64,000 bases of DNA, taken from positions 12,772,001 through 12,836,000 of the forward strand of contig NC_058368.1 in the NCBI RefSeq assembly GCF_018350175.1. The letters are read 5' to 3'. The notes under the pieces were generated by a model. It did no database searches and was not told the DNA's origin. It was given only the letters and a program-made list of their open reading frames with translations. The position numbers and the translations under genes were made by a program. The DNA is from Felis catus (Eukaryota). Shown one piece after another: positions 51,559 to 64,000 of this stretch; position 1 is the first letter of the stretch, and the number at the start of each line of letters is the position of its first letter.

Positions 51559-52742
51559 CTTAAGGATACCTTTTAAACATCAAAATGTGCCTATACAAGA
51601 TACAACTTTAAAGTAATAAAACAGGGTTCATACACAGTTGGTAAAATTTTGTCTTAATACTACATAGTTACTCCTCATGCAGTTATTGCTATTTAAATTA
51701 TTAGTTTTAGCAGCCTACCTCATCTAATCATTTGCATTTTATGTTACTGATACTCCTAAGTTCTTTAAAAAGTCATTTGTGGGCAATTAAAATTTACTTT
51801 CATATTTGTAAATTACATATTCTATTAAAAAGCACTTTAATCTAAATGTAGTGATATGCCATATAATGTCCTATTTGCATGTCAGGTTTATAGCTATCAA
51901 AACTTGCTATGGTGTGTAAGTTGAGATTTGCTTTGATGCCAGTGTTCTTTCCCCCAGAGTTTATTCTTCTGGGATATCCAGCAATGTTAGAGAGTTTCTG
52001 TCAAAACTTCACTGACATCCTCTCTAACACTGGCATATTGGAGATGAAGTGAATGGGAATGATGGGGTTCCAAAATGAGAACTGTACTTCTTGGCATATT
52101 TGAGAACAGGAGGGCTGGAGCATGGTAAAATGAAGTGAAATGGGTCCCAGGAGGAGGTGACTGAAGATGATCGTGGGAAATGAAGTACGGAGATGATTCC
52201 GAGTTGTCTCTTCATGGAACCAAGTGTTCTGTGAAGGGTAGAGAGCTGCTGGCGAGTTTATCAGATTCAACCCTAACTGGACCACTAATCCGTTAACTAA
52301 GGCAAAGAGACCTTGGAGAAAACAACAATTCATTTTATAACTACTGAGTTGGAAATATCTGTGGAGGTCATTTTGTTCAGTCTCCCTTAGAATATAGAGC
52401 ATATAAAAACTGGAGCCAAGGTATATGAAATTATCTTGGCTCTTGATGGAAGTCATAGAGAGATGGTTTTTTTAGGAGATGCTCAAAGATGACTAAAATT
52501 CTCAGTTGAAGGAACTGATATTATTTAAATAGGTAAAAAGAAAGCTGAGCGATGATCTCATTTCAATTAAAATGATTCCAATATGTAAGTGATGTCATCA
52601 ATTAATGACACATATAATACATAACTATTTTACTGAACAAGCTTGATTTAAGGGGACACAAGCCAATTTTATTCTTTATCACCATTCTCCTTTCAATCTC
52701 TTGTGTCAAATAGTTCTTTATTTGATGAAACTACCAGAAATT

Positions 52743-52952
52743 GGGGTGCCTGGGTGGCTCAGTCGGTTAAGCATCCGACTTTGGCTCAGGTCATGATCTC
52801 GCGCTCTGTGAGTTCCAGCCCCGCATCAGGCTCTGTGCTGACCGCTCAGAGACTGGAGCCTACTTCAGATTCTGTGTCTCCTTCTCTCTCTGGCCCTCCC
52901 CCGTTCATTCTCTGTCTCTCTCTGTCTCAAAAATAAATAAACGTTAAAAAAA
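52743..52952 (+). mobile_element. Can-SINE
   Basis: TSD ATGAAACTACCAGAAATT / ATGAAGCTACCAGAAATT. Confidence 0.96.
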
Positions 52953-53945
52953 ATGAAGCTACCAGAAATTACCATAGTTCTTCCAATCCAGGCCAGTCCA
53001 ATATAATAATCATAAAATTACACTCTTCCAGTGTAAAATATTCCCTCTCCTCCAGCTCACGTTGGCCCAAGCCACATCTTCTCTTCTTTCTCCATCTTTC
53101 CAGGGTCATCAGAGGTGGGGAATGAGGTAGATAAGGCATAGAATGGTCTAGCTTGGTTGATATGGTTGTGATCTGGTGTTGGTACTTTCCAAATATGGAA
53201 AATTCCAAATCCTAATTATTCCTTTGTGGACTGCCTGTTGGGATCTTTGGAGACCCTCTCCCCCATGACTGGGGCTCTCCCTCCTCCAGCCCTCTCCTGT
53301 GGCTGCCTCTTAATACCTTTCCTCTCTGTTACCTTCTTTCTCTTCTGGGTCATCTCATTCATTTAAAAAAAAAAAAGTGCTCTTGGGCAGAGTCCTTCTT
53401 GAATGTACCCAAGACTGGCTGTCTCCCACAGGTGCACCCCTGGCCCTTGGGAAATTCAGACTGTCTTTACTTTCCCCATCAAACTCTGGAAGTGTAGTCT
53501 CTGATTTTAACTTTCTAGGCCTGAGTTGGATACTTGTTTCTGTATTCCTCGAGTTCTAGGGAATGAGTATGAAGCTTTCTGAGTGGCTGTTCTTGAAACA
53601 TCATTTCCTCAGCTGGAAGGGGAAGGAAGCATGCCTTTCTCCTTCTTCGAGAGTGTGGGTGAGCTCAGAATGCATAACACACTGGCAAAACTCTCTCAAA
53701 CAGTCCCCACTGCCAGTGAATCCTTCTCGTATAAAGCAGGAGTGGGCGGGGGGCTAATGTTGGCTGAACAGATTTTGTAATTGCTTAGCATGTGGCCAAG
53801 AACTCATTAGGATGTGGGATAATTTGGCATTTACATTTTTGTTCTCCATCTTTAGGGCCTCTGTTGAAACTCCAAGACAACAGAAGAGTTAGTTTCACAT
53901 CATGTTTTACACAGGGGTCCGAAGCCATGCCCCTGTCATGCTCCC

Positions 53946-54596
53946 TATGGTAGCAGAATTCTAAAGATGTTGCCACAAGATCCCCATGCTCTGAATATTC
54001 AATCAAACACAAATCTAGGTGCTGCTGTGAAGGGACATTGCAGATGTAAGTAAGGTCGCTAATCAGCTGACCTTCAAACAGGGAAATTATCCCGGTAGAC
54101 ACACTGTAATCAAATTAACCCTTAAAACCAGAAGAGGAAGGTGGAATAGTTAAAGAGATGGAAAAGAAGAAGAGAGCAAGAGACATGTGGTAGAAAGGGA
54201 GGTCAGAGAGATTCAAAGCATAAGAAGGACTTCACCCACCATTGCTGATTTTGAAGTTGGAGGCGAAGAGCCTTGAGCCAAGGAATGAGGGCAGCCTCTA
54301 GAAGCTTGAGAATGACTCCCAGCCATCAGTCAGTGAGAAAATAGGGACCTCAGTCCTACAACCACATGGAACTGAGTTTTGCCAACAACCTGAATGGGAC
54401 TGCAAGCAGATATCCCCCAGAGCCGTCTAATAGAAGCCAAGCTGGGTGACACTTTGATTTTAACCTTATAAGACTTTAAGCAGAGAATCAAGCCCAGACA
54501 TCCCCGATTTCTAACCCACAGAAGTATGAGATAATAAATGTTTAAGCCTCTAAGTGTGTGATAATTTGCTAAAACAACAATAAGAAATTAATGCAC
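53946..54596 (+). mobile_element. MaLR (MLT1E-like) solo LTR
   Basis: GGTAGCAGAATTCTAAAGATG...TCAAACACAAATCTAGGTGCTGCTGTGAAGGG...GAAATTAATGCA. Confidence 0.85.
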
Positions 54597-56552
54597 ACCT
54601 TCACCTCAGTGTCATTGGCCAAATGCTTCCAGTATCACTGACCCTCTTCTTCCCCATAGCTGATGAGAGTCCAGAGACAAGTATATGATCCCTTGTACTG
54701 GATGTGTCTGGGAGAGGTGAAATGGGGACGGATGATTCGATATGCCTCGACACCCACAGAGTACACAGTGAAGACAATGCTTTATGTTTCTCCTATTTAA
54801 AAATGATTGGCTGCTTCCTCTTGAGTTCTTAAAACTAAGCAAATAAACAAAACTTTTGTACTAAAAAGTTTCTCCTTCCTACTTCAAATTGCTTGCTAAG
54901 GATTGTGCTCCTTTACATCTATCTGATGGATCATTATATTCAGGGGCAGAGAAAGGATGCAAAGGACTTTCTTTGCTGGAGATTTGCCTGAGAGTCTCAG
55001 AGTTTTACAGAAGAGAAGAGCTAGCATTTCATGGGAAGGCCAATGGATTGTGGAAAGGTTTCCCAGAAATGAAGGTTACCTAAGAAACTATTTCTTCCCT
55101 AAACTGTTCTTCATACTATGCTACCCAATCTGAGACTCTTAAACCAAGCCCTGGTGGCATCCTAGACAGAAATGACCATTTAATCTGAAAACCATAGGAT
55201 ATGGCCTTTGGGGAGGTATCTCACCAGACACGTGTCATATGAGCCCTGTGCATCTTTTACTGACGTCAAAAAAGCAAAGCCGTTCTTATGCTCTACAAAC
55301 ATCTGATTCCCTCTGATGTGGACCAGTCTCTACACTTCCTGTGGTTCAGGTTGCTTTCCTTGGTCAGACATTGATGAGTCTTAAGTGATAAATCAATTTG
55401 GCTGGAAGGGGATAACATTTTCAAAGCTTCCTTATATTTTGCTTTGGGCTAATTAGTAGCCCTAAGATTGCTTTCCTCTTCTCCCAAGTAAGACACCTGG
55501 AAATGCAGAAATAGATTAGGAAGCAATTTAAAAGTTGCCAGGGAGCTAAAACTAAGTTCTTTAAACATAAAACATACGCATTTCAAAAGAAAATATGTGA
55601 GGATTATCTTGTTGCTAATTTCCTATTCACAATGTGAGGTGATACTAAAACACCATTAAAAGCACAGAACTGGGCAAATTCTCTTGACAGCTGGTTTGCA
55701 CCTGAAGATTATTTTCACAGTTACACCAAAAGATTTGCAAACCCAGACTGTCTGTAGCCTCCATATCTTAATTAAACCCTGAAATTACAAAGTACAAAGA
55801 CAATAATAGAAAATATTGGAAAACAGAGGGTATTACTGAAAATGCTAAGGAGAAAGAATCCAGAGGATAAGGCTAGCAAATAAAAGTCAGAAATAGAAGT
55901 GAAAAGAACAATCATGACATTTTGATTCATCCTCCACCGTATCATTCGGTGGTTATAATTCGGCCACCCATGTCGTGAAAGTCTCCACAAGGAGCTTTTA
56001 TAGAAAATAAAGATGGAAAACAATGAAGTAATCCTGCCTACTCCCCGTTATAATTTAAGATTGTTCCCCAAAGTGTGTTATTGAATGTTCTGTCCAGCAA
56101 AATTTCCTATGACTCAAACTATGGGATTATTACCACTTCCTCTGGGAAACTCTTTGCAGAATAATAGCCTTCATTATTAGGAATGCCTTTTTGAAGGTCA
56201 GCCAAATTTTCTCATTGTTCAACTGAATCCAAGATTTTGGCTATAATTTTCCTGACCACCCCCAAACAAGTGCTTTCTTTCAATACATGTGGATAATATT
56301 TCAAGATTCATCTAGCACTTGGAAAGTATAGGTTCCAAAGAATTTTGGTCGAATTAATGTTTCTAGATGAATGGATGGATGAATAGATGAGTTATTCTCT
56401 AGTCTATGACTTAGATTCCTCAGTCTGCTTTCTGAAGGTCCTTGGTACGGACAGGCTTTTCTGTGGTAAAGTTGGTGAGACAGGGCACCTCCATGCCTGC
56501 CCATTGTCCTTCAGCAGGGATCCTGATGAGGGACATGATTTGAAACAATAAT

Positions 56553-56996
56553 CGTACATTAGTTTGCTAGGGCTGTTATAACAGAGTCACAAATGGGTGG
56601 CTTAAATAATAGAAATTTATTGTCTCATACTTCTGGAAGCTAAAAGTCCAAGATCAAGGTGTGGTCAGGGTTGCTGAGTGCTGTGAGAATCTGTTCCATG
56701 CTTCCCACCTATCTTCTTATAGTTTGCTGGCAATCTTTTGGCATTCCTTGGTCTGTAGATACATTGCCTCAATCTCTATATTTATCATCACATGGCATTC
56801 TTCTTGTGTGCATGTCTGTGCCCAAATTTCCCGTTTATAAGGATGCCAGTCATATTAGATTAGAAGCCTACCCTATACTGCAGTATAATCTAACATAGAT
56901 CAACTAATACACGTGCAACCTTATTTCCAAATACGATCACGTTCTGAGGTACTTCAATATACAAATTGGGGGGGGGGCATAATTAAACTCATAACA
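56553..56996 (-). mobile_element. MaLR (MLT1A-C-like) solo LTR
   Basis: TTAGTTTGCTAGGGCTGTTATAACA...AAACTCATAACA. Confidence 0.85.
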
Positions 56997-57270
56997 TATA
57001 AAGAATCATTCTTGATATCTCCTTTCTCTTCCATGTCCAATCACCAAAACAGTCCCCCTAATCATTTTTAGGATCCACTTACTTTTATCCATCTGTGGTG
57101 TCACTTCTCTAGTCCAGTATATCGTATCTTGTCTTGGTTACTTCAATAGCCCCTAGTTTACCTCCCCACTTCCAATTTTGCTAGTTCTAATCTACTGTTC
57201 ATGCTCTATACAAAGTGATATTTTAAAAAGACAAATCTGATCATGTCATTCATCTGTTAAGTCTCTTGAT

Positions 57271-57458
57271 GGGGGCGTCTGGGTGGCTTAGTCGAGTGTC
57301 TGGCTCTTGATTTCGGCTCAGGTCATGATCCCAGAGTCATGGAATTGAGACCCATGTCAGGCTCAGCACTGAGGGTGGAGCCTGCTTAAAATTCTCTGTC
57401 TCTCTCCCTCTTCCCCTCTCCCCTACTTGTGCATGCTGTCTCTCTCTCTCTCAAAAAA
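57271..57458 (+). mobile_element. Older Can-SINE
   Basis: TSD AAGTCTCTTGA / AAATCTCTTGA. Confidence 0.92.
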
Positions 57459-57844
57459 AAATCTCTTGAGGGATTTGCGTGGTCCTACAAGTCAGCTGCT
57501 ATCAGCTTCACCAGCTTCATTTCCTATCCTGTACCTGTTCATTGTGTGTCTTCCAGTCATGCTGGATCTTCTTGCAGTTTTTGCAATAAACTAAACTCCA
57601 ACATCCTCAAGGCCCTGGCACAAGCAGTTCCTCTGCCTGAGATGCTCATCTCCTCTTCCTGATTTGGGTAACTCCTTCTTTCCCTTCCAGTTTTAGCTTG
57701 GATTTGACTTCCTTTGAGAAGGATTTTCTACTCTCCACAACAGGTTTAGTTGCCATTATTTAATTTCACAGTATATTGTGGGCCACCATTTTAGTACTTG
57801 CCAAAATTTTAATTCATTTCCTAGTATTTGTTTAGTTAATCTCT

Positions 57845-58208
57845 TGCCATAGGTTAAATGCTTCTGTACCTCCAAGTTCATATGCTGAAACCTAACCCCT
57901 AAAGTGATGGGTTTTGGAGGTGGGGTCATTAGGGTGATTAGGTCATGAGGGTAGGGTCCTCATGAATGGGATCAGTGCCCTCACAAAAGAGGCCCCAGAA
58001 AAACCCCTTGCCTCTTCCACCAAATGAGGACACAGTGAGAAGGTGGCCATCTATGAACCAGGAATCAAGCTTTCCCCAGACACTAAATCTGCTGGCACCT
58101 TGAGCCTGGACTTCTCAGCCTCCAGAAATATGAGAAATAAATTTCCGTTGTTTATAAACTACCTGGTCCGTGGTAGTTTTGTTATAGGAGTCCAAATAAA
58201 CTAAGACA
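57845..58208 (+). mobile_element. MaLR (MLT1A0-like) solo LTR
   Basis: TG...CA ends; TTCATATGCTGAAACCTAACCCC...CTAAGACA; L2 contiguous across it. Confidence 0.88.
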
Positions 58209-58654
58209 CTCTCCCATTAGATTCTAAGCTCCCTGAGGGCAAGTAATGAGTCTGCTGTTTTTTACCAATGCATTCTCACCGCTTACCATTCGGCTTGGTA
58301 TGGAGAAGGAATCAATAAATAGTTGTTAAATTAGTGGATAAATGAATAGATGAATAAAGGCATTTTGTTTCCCATTATGTATTTTAAATGGCCTATTACT
58401 GCTCTACCTTTCACCTCAATGAACTACTATTTTTACATTAAATACCTAATATATTTCCTTTCAGTCACAAAATGGGCCATCACTAAATTATCTTGTTAGT
58501 GAAGAAGTTAAGTGAAATCAGCATCAAGATTAGCACAGTATATACACCGATTAATCTGTTCTATACTTGATTGCATATATGAATCCAAACCTATCAATAA
58601 AATAATTTTTTAATGTAGGCTGACAGCATTAATAAGTTAATTAATTAGTTAATG

Positions 58655-59300
58655 CCATCATTCATCATCTATTTATTGATCCCTAGATATACGGAAATAC
58701 TGTCCTAAGCATTAAAAATAGAACAGTGATCAAGAAGGATGGATGCCAGCCCTCAGAAAGCTTACATTCTACTGAGTAGGACAAACAACAAATGGCAATA
58801 GAATAGAATGTCAAACAGCAGTACGTACTATAAAATATAGAAGGAAGCAGGGGAAGAGACTAAATAAAGAGGTCCAGTGGGTGTTATTTTAGATAGCATT
58901 GGGCAGAGAGTGCCTGTCTTAACAGGTGAAATCTTAATAGAATCCTAAATCTAACCAAGGAATACTTAATGAGGAGAAGAAATAGACAAAGAGGGGGTGT
59001 GAGGCAGGAATGCTTAAAGCAGCAAGGATCCAGTGAGTCTGGGCAGAAGAGAGGGGAGCGGTAGAAGACATCATGCAAGCTGAGGGCCAACTAATCGGAC
59101 ATTGGGGTCCAGGTTAATGCCTGCTAAGTTTTATTCTAAATGTAACAGGAAGCCAGTGGAATTATTGAGAAGGAATCACTATGTTTTTAGGTTATTTTGG
59201 CGGCAGAGACTGGCAGGGCGGAAGAGTGGAAGGAGGCAAGCCAACGGATCAAAAGTCTCTTGCTGGTAAATACGTAAGAGGTGATAGCAGCTGTCAATCT
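58655..59300 (-). mobile_element. L2 fragment
   Basis: TCATTCATCATCTATTTATTGA start; TTTTATTCTAAATGTAACAGGAAGCCAGTGG. Confidence 0.7.
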
Positions 59301-61779
59301 TATTGCAGGCTGCCAATCAGAAACACAAGGGCTAATCCAAACTCTGCTCTTCTGCATCACCCAAGCTTCGCCCCCACAAATGCTATAGACACTGGGCTGC
59401 CGGATGTTATCCCCTCCACAGCCTCTGGCCTTTTCAAATGGCTCAGCTCAGTAACTCACTCATCACATCCCTGTTCCTTCTCCCCCACAGGCCCCAGAGC
59501 CTAGTAAAACAGTCTCCACACCCACACCCCTGGTAAACTAGGTCTGCATCATCTCATCAGTCTGTGTGTGGGACCACACCTGCCCAGGTAAGGCCCCGGG
59601 ATGCTTGGGACTTGTACTGGGTATTGGTGATAATGAGCACCACTAGAACGGGAAGAAGAAACCCTGAAAATCTGTTTTGTTGTGAGTTCTCAGGGGGTGG
59701 GAAGGGGAGGCAAAAGGCATAGGTAGGGAATTGTGACCTCACTGTAAACTCAGTGTCCAGGAAAGTGGCAGCTTCATGAGTGTTTGATGAATGGGTAAAT
59801 TAAGACATGATGGAATGGATTTGGGGTCAAAAACAGCCATACATTGTGAAACAGGACAGAGTTTGAGAGAGGAGAGACATGTGTGGACTGCTCCCCACAC
59901 CTACACCAGCACATGTGTGTTTTGAATGACAATGGACTTCTTGATCATTCACCATCAGCAGACTTCCTGTCAGTCTTTAAATTTCATAAACAATGCAAAG
60001 AAACTACCTGTAACTGTAAGACTTTTGAAAGAACTGCAAGAGAAAAAGACAGCTGTGGTGACATACTTGGAGATAGCTCAGTGGAGGCCACCAACTCAGC
60101 CTCACACCCAACCACCAAGGCAGAAGTTTCCATCCTGCAGCAGGGTTTATTGCTGAAAGTCATCGTACAACCTGCTTTGGACTGATAACCTAGAGGAGCG
60201 TGCAAAATGACCTGTGGTCCCTCCGAAAAGATGGAGACCTCTAACAAGCTGTATTCTTGCAGATACAGCTTTCTCATCTGTGTCTACCTCAAAGGATTAT
60301 TGGGCCAGTCAATGGACACATTGTAAACTGAGGTAACTGAGTTGTTTAACAAGAGGTGGAGGAAGGGCGGGGGGCAGGGGGGAAGCCTGAAGCATCCCCA
60401 GGAGGCCTGGAGGCAGGAGCTGGGTGAGGATCAGCACAGCTGCATAGAACAGAGAAGTCCCCCAGGCCAAGGGAGACCCTACAACTTCCAATTGGAAAGA
60501 TCCACTAAAAACTGGATTCTTTCCAGATTTTGCTACTCATAAATCAAATCAAACAATGAGGGAAAAGTATTGCAATCCTGCAAAACCCCAGTTTTCTTTA
60601 ATTACCCCCTACATTCCAAATACTGGTTGTTGCTTTCAAGGAGATGCCTGAAACAGAGATCTTTCCATGGGCCAGTATCTGCATAGCCACTGTCCCTGTT
60701 GGCAAGGATGTTGAATTAAAAACCTTTAATTGTTTTTTTAAAAAAATCCACTCTGTACTATTTACCGATTTACAAAAAGTTACATTCAGAACTTCCGTCT
60801 ACTTGCCAAGAGGGTATCTCAGGAGTCAGCAGCTGTATAAACACACATAGTTAAGTGACATTGGGGATTGATGATATGAGCTACACATGCATTTTAATCT
60901 TATAAAAAAAATAGGCATAAGCACAAGTAGAAAGAATTACGATGAGCCACACACTGCAGGGAACATGGTGACCCAACATGACAGAAATGAGGTACTCTTG
61001 CATAACCACAGGTCAGCGGCCTCCATAGGAGGAGAGCATTTCAAAGATGTGGATGGGAGAGAGCCTACTGTTATCATTTCACATAAAGGACAGTGGTAAT
61101 GGACCATTAGAAAAGAAAAATTACTGCTCCATTGTTCCTTTATGTGGACACGAACCATTTATTACAAATGTAACCAGCCCACTGCCAGCCCCGCTCAGCA
61201 GAACCAAGGACGAATGAGCTTTAGAGCCCAAGGCATGCATTTGTATAAACCCAGTCCCGTGGCTAATCTGCGCAAACCTGCTCACCACACATTTTGCACT
61301 AACCCCACTCTCTTTAAAGCAAACCCTCTTCTCCTCAAACCCCCACTTCTTCCCGCTTTGGAGGCTTAACCCTTTTTAGCCGTCCTCTCTTGACTTCAGG
61401 TTCCCAAGGGCAGGGACCACTGCATAACTGCCTTCACATTCCAGCACGGCGCGCGGTGTCCTTACACGTGGATGCTCTTTCCCAGACACAAGTTCTTACT
61501 AAATGCTGCCATTTAGTAAGAGGCCCTAGAATACAACAGTGTCCCATGATGAGTTTTTGGTGTCAAATTGCCAAAGACTAAAGGAAATGAGAATAACCAG
61601 CGTTGGCGGTATTGGAGGGATTTTACTCTAGTATTGCCTGTCCACAAAGCAGTTTAGAAATAATAATAAAAGCTTTAAAATTAGCATTCCTTTTTTTTTT
61701 TTTTCAAACACGAAAATAACAACAACAACAAAAGCAAGAGAACCAAAGCATGCACACAGGGGGAAACGACAACCCTGGG

Positions 61780-62230
61780 TGGCCACCACCCCCGTGGCTA
61801 GCTCTGGGTCGTGATGGCTCACACCGCCCTGTGCACCGCATCCCCGCCAAGCCAGCGCCTGTGGGACGACGCGGCACCTGCCCCAGAGGGGACCGCTAGG
61901 CCTCCCTTACCTACTGGACTGGGCTCCTCAGGCACTCCCCCGGCAGCCCCAACCAGAGGGGTTCACTGGGAACAGGAAACGCCACGACTGCTCTATCTGG
62001 GGCACCTGCGGAAGGACCTGGAGCCCTCCAGAGGGCCAGGGGTGCGCAGCCCAGGGCGCGGCGGCCCTCCCCGCTTGAAGGAGCGCTCCTGGCAACACGT
62101 CAAGAGGCGGGCGAGCCCTGCAGGAGCGCAGGACCCCGCCCGGGGCCGCAGACGCAGGGCAGGAGGGCGGGGTCACGTCAGGTCCCGGTGCGGCCCCTCC
62201 CCCCATCCGGGACTCTCCACACACCCTTGA
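61780..62230 (-). promoter_or_regulatory. CpG-island promoter
   Basis: Only GC/CpG-dense non-repeat tract in the window; GC boxes (e.g. 62165-62172); TGACGTG motifs at 62095-62102 and 62173-62180. Confidence 0.8.
61911..62120 (-). other. Putative non-coding exon 1 of an unidentified minus-strand gene
   Basis: Minus donor TAG|GTAAGG at 61911/61910 inside the CpG island; no ATG; TSS approximate. Confidence 0.6.
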
Positions 62231-62623
62231 GGGTCAGAGAGACCAGAAACCCCATTTCCATGAATGTCAGTCCCTCCTCTGGCTTGGCTTAGGCCCACCC
62301 CTGGAGACTAGGAGGTCACCACAAGGATAAACATTAACATATTCTTAAACTAGGAACTCTAAAACTTATCCTAAGGAATAAGGTAAGTCATGGATTTGTT
62401 CTTAAGACTTAGTCACAAAGAAATTCAATGCAGTATTGCTCATCTTGTTGGAAAATTGAAACTAAAAGTGTCCAACGTTAGGAGATTTGTAAACTAAAAG
62501 CATTTGTCTTTGCAAAGGAATACTATACAGATATTTAAAATGATGCAAAGGGAGAATATTTCTGTATATGGAGAGAAATATGAAAAGCAAATTATAAAAC
62601 ATAAAATGTCCCAAGTTTCCTTT

Positions 62624-62838
62624 TTATTTATTTTTTAAATGCTTATTTGTTTTTGAGAGAGAAAAAGGGTGCAAGCACGAGTGGGCAGGGGCAGGGAGAG
62701 GGAGAGAGAGAATCCCAAGCAGGCTCTGTGCTGTCAGAGCAGAGCCTGACACGGGGCTCAAACTCACAAGCCATGAGATCACGACCTAGGCCAAACTCAT
62801 GAGCCAGACGCTTAACTGATTGAGCCACCCAAGCACCC
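62624..62838 (-). mobile_element. Can-SINE
   Basis: TSD AAGTTTCCTTT at 62613-62623 and 62839-62849. Confidence 0.94.
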
Positions 62839-62855
62839 AAGTTTCCTTTCTGGAA

Positions 62856-62860
<5 letters not shown>

Positions 62861-62901
<41 letters not shown>
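62861..62901. repeat. (TA)n microsatellite
   Basis: Read directly. Confidence 0.97.
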
Positions 62902-62903
<2 letters not shown>

Positions 62904-63554
62904 GATTTTGGAAATAATACCTAAGAGTACTTATTTGTGAGTGATAAGAATATAAGGAGTCTTTTTCCTTTTTGTCACTATCTTACATTACCTTATGATT
63001 ACTCTAAAATTAATATATGTTACTTATGCAATAAGGAAAAACATGTTTTGGGGGTGGGTTTTTTTTGGGGGGGGTTGGTTTTTTGCTTTGTTTGTTTTAT
63101 GAGGACCTGCATTTATGCTTCACTACTAGTAAACTCTCAGACACTAACATTTAGGTCTCTGAAGTCTGTCCAGATAGGCACTGCCTTCTCTAATGGCTCA
63201 AAGGGCACTGTTTTGATTCTCTGAGATACATCACCCTGCAGAATAACCTGATCTCCTAGCTTCTTATAAGTATCAGAAGGCAAATGATTAGGAAAAATTG
63301 GACCTTACTGCTGAAAGGTGTAAACTTAAGTAAAAGTTGATCTGACTCAAGGTTTATGTTTGTAGTGTGTTATACAGCAATACCATGAAATTATATATTT
63401 TCATTCACTATTTGTTGGGAGACTGTCCTATTCAAGAATTTGTAAGCTTCTAAATAGCCTTGATGTATGAAGATTCCCAAGTCAAAGAAAAGTTTACTCT
63501 TTGATACCTTGTCTACTTTGTGCTCCAGGAACAAAGCAAAGGTCAAGGGAGGTG

Positions 63555-63556
<2 letters not shown>

Positions 63557-63600
<44 letters not shown>
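63557..63600. repeat. (AC)n microsatellite
   Basis: Read directly. Confidence 0.97.
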
Positions 63601-63604
<4 letters not shown>

Positions 63605-64000
63605 GTATATCTATGGCTATATCTGTGTTTATACACCTGTATATCTATATATCTACAAATATTGAGAAGAGAGAAAGTTGGTGCTCTCTGGTAATAAGCA
63701 TCTTGTATTAAACACATAAATCTACTCTTTGGTGGGTATTATAAAATATTTCTTTTCTTCTTTAGCTAATTTTTCTTTGCAAATTTAAACGTCTTTAGAG
63801 TATTCTTCTGCTTATCCTGAGAATAGGATTAAAGGATACATAGTAGGCATGAAAGAAATACTTGTAGTCGACTGAGCATGTGTGTCTGATTGAATTATAA
63901 GGAAGTCAGTGATTAAAAAAATGAGATTTTGAAATAAATTGTAAATATTTTAGATGAGGCCAAATGAGTTTCAAGTCTTTGAAAATAGCTTTTTTTTACT

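Larger units (their letters stand above)
57005..58340 (+). mobile_element. L2 3' region interrupted by a SINE and an LTR
   Basis: AAATCTGATCATGTCATT motif; terminal AATAAATAGTTGTT...GAATAGATGAAT. Confidence 0.75.
62340..63040 (+). mobile_element. Ancient L1 (L1ME-like) 3' fragment
   Basis: CTAGGAACTC...TATCCTAAGGAAATAA-like and GGAATACTATACAGATATTTAAAA motifs. Confidence 0.55.

Noticed and set aside
55772..56023. Hydrophobic 83-aa minus ORF resembling a membrane protein
   Set aside because: A T-rich strand gives Phe/Leu/Ile by composition; non-ATG start
59883..60331. Overlapping ORFs and a GAG|GTAACT donor, a possible exon or pseudogene
   Set aside because: No parent protein recognised; no clear acceptor, poly(A) or TSD
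61811..62230. 139-aa and 98-aa ORFs in the CpG island
   Set aside because: Stop-codon scarcity in GC-rich DNA explains them; low-complexity products
2073..62840. Recurrent 60-100 aa ORFs such as MAQSVK...VMIS... and ...RERQSMNGGGAERE...
   Set aside because: They are translations of Can-SINE copies, not a protein family or an array

Overview
Mammalian, not microbial, DNA. The many tRNA-derived Can-SINEs of the feline type point to a cat-family genome. The window is mostly intronic or intergenic: about 21 Can-SINEs, a large nested L1 complex (~9.9-18.2 kb), MaLR/ERV LTRs, old L2/MIR/CR1 pieces, DNA-transposon fossils and microsatellites. None of the supplied ORFs matches a protein I recognise, and many simply read through SINEs. 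Splice signals support two inferred, unnamed transcription units. (1) A minus-strand gene starting at a CpG-island promoter near 62 kb, with apparently non-coding exons at 61911-~62120, 33520-33696 and 27383-27428, and possible downstream alternative first exons near 23.0 and 6.3 kb; its main coding part would lie left of the window. (2) A plus-strand, small-exon unit at ~25.7-34.85 kb, nested antisense in (1), whose exons splice in frame to a 55-63 aa basic microprotein. Unit (2) is the best candidate for something undescribed. Both models are read by eye and need RNA or comparative evidence. Repeat family names come from memory of consensus sequences and are approximate.
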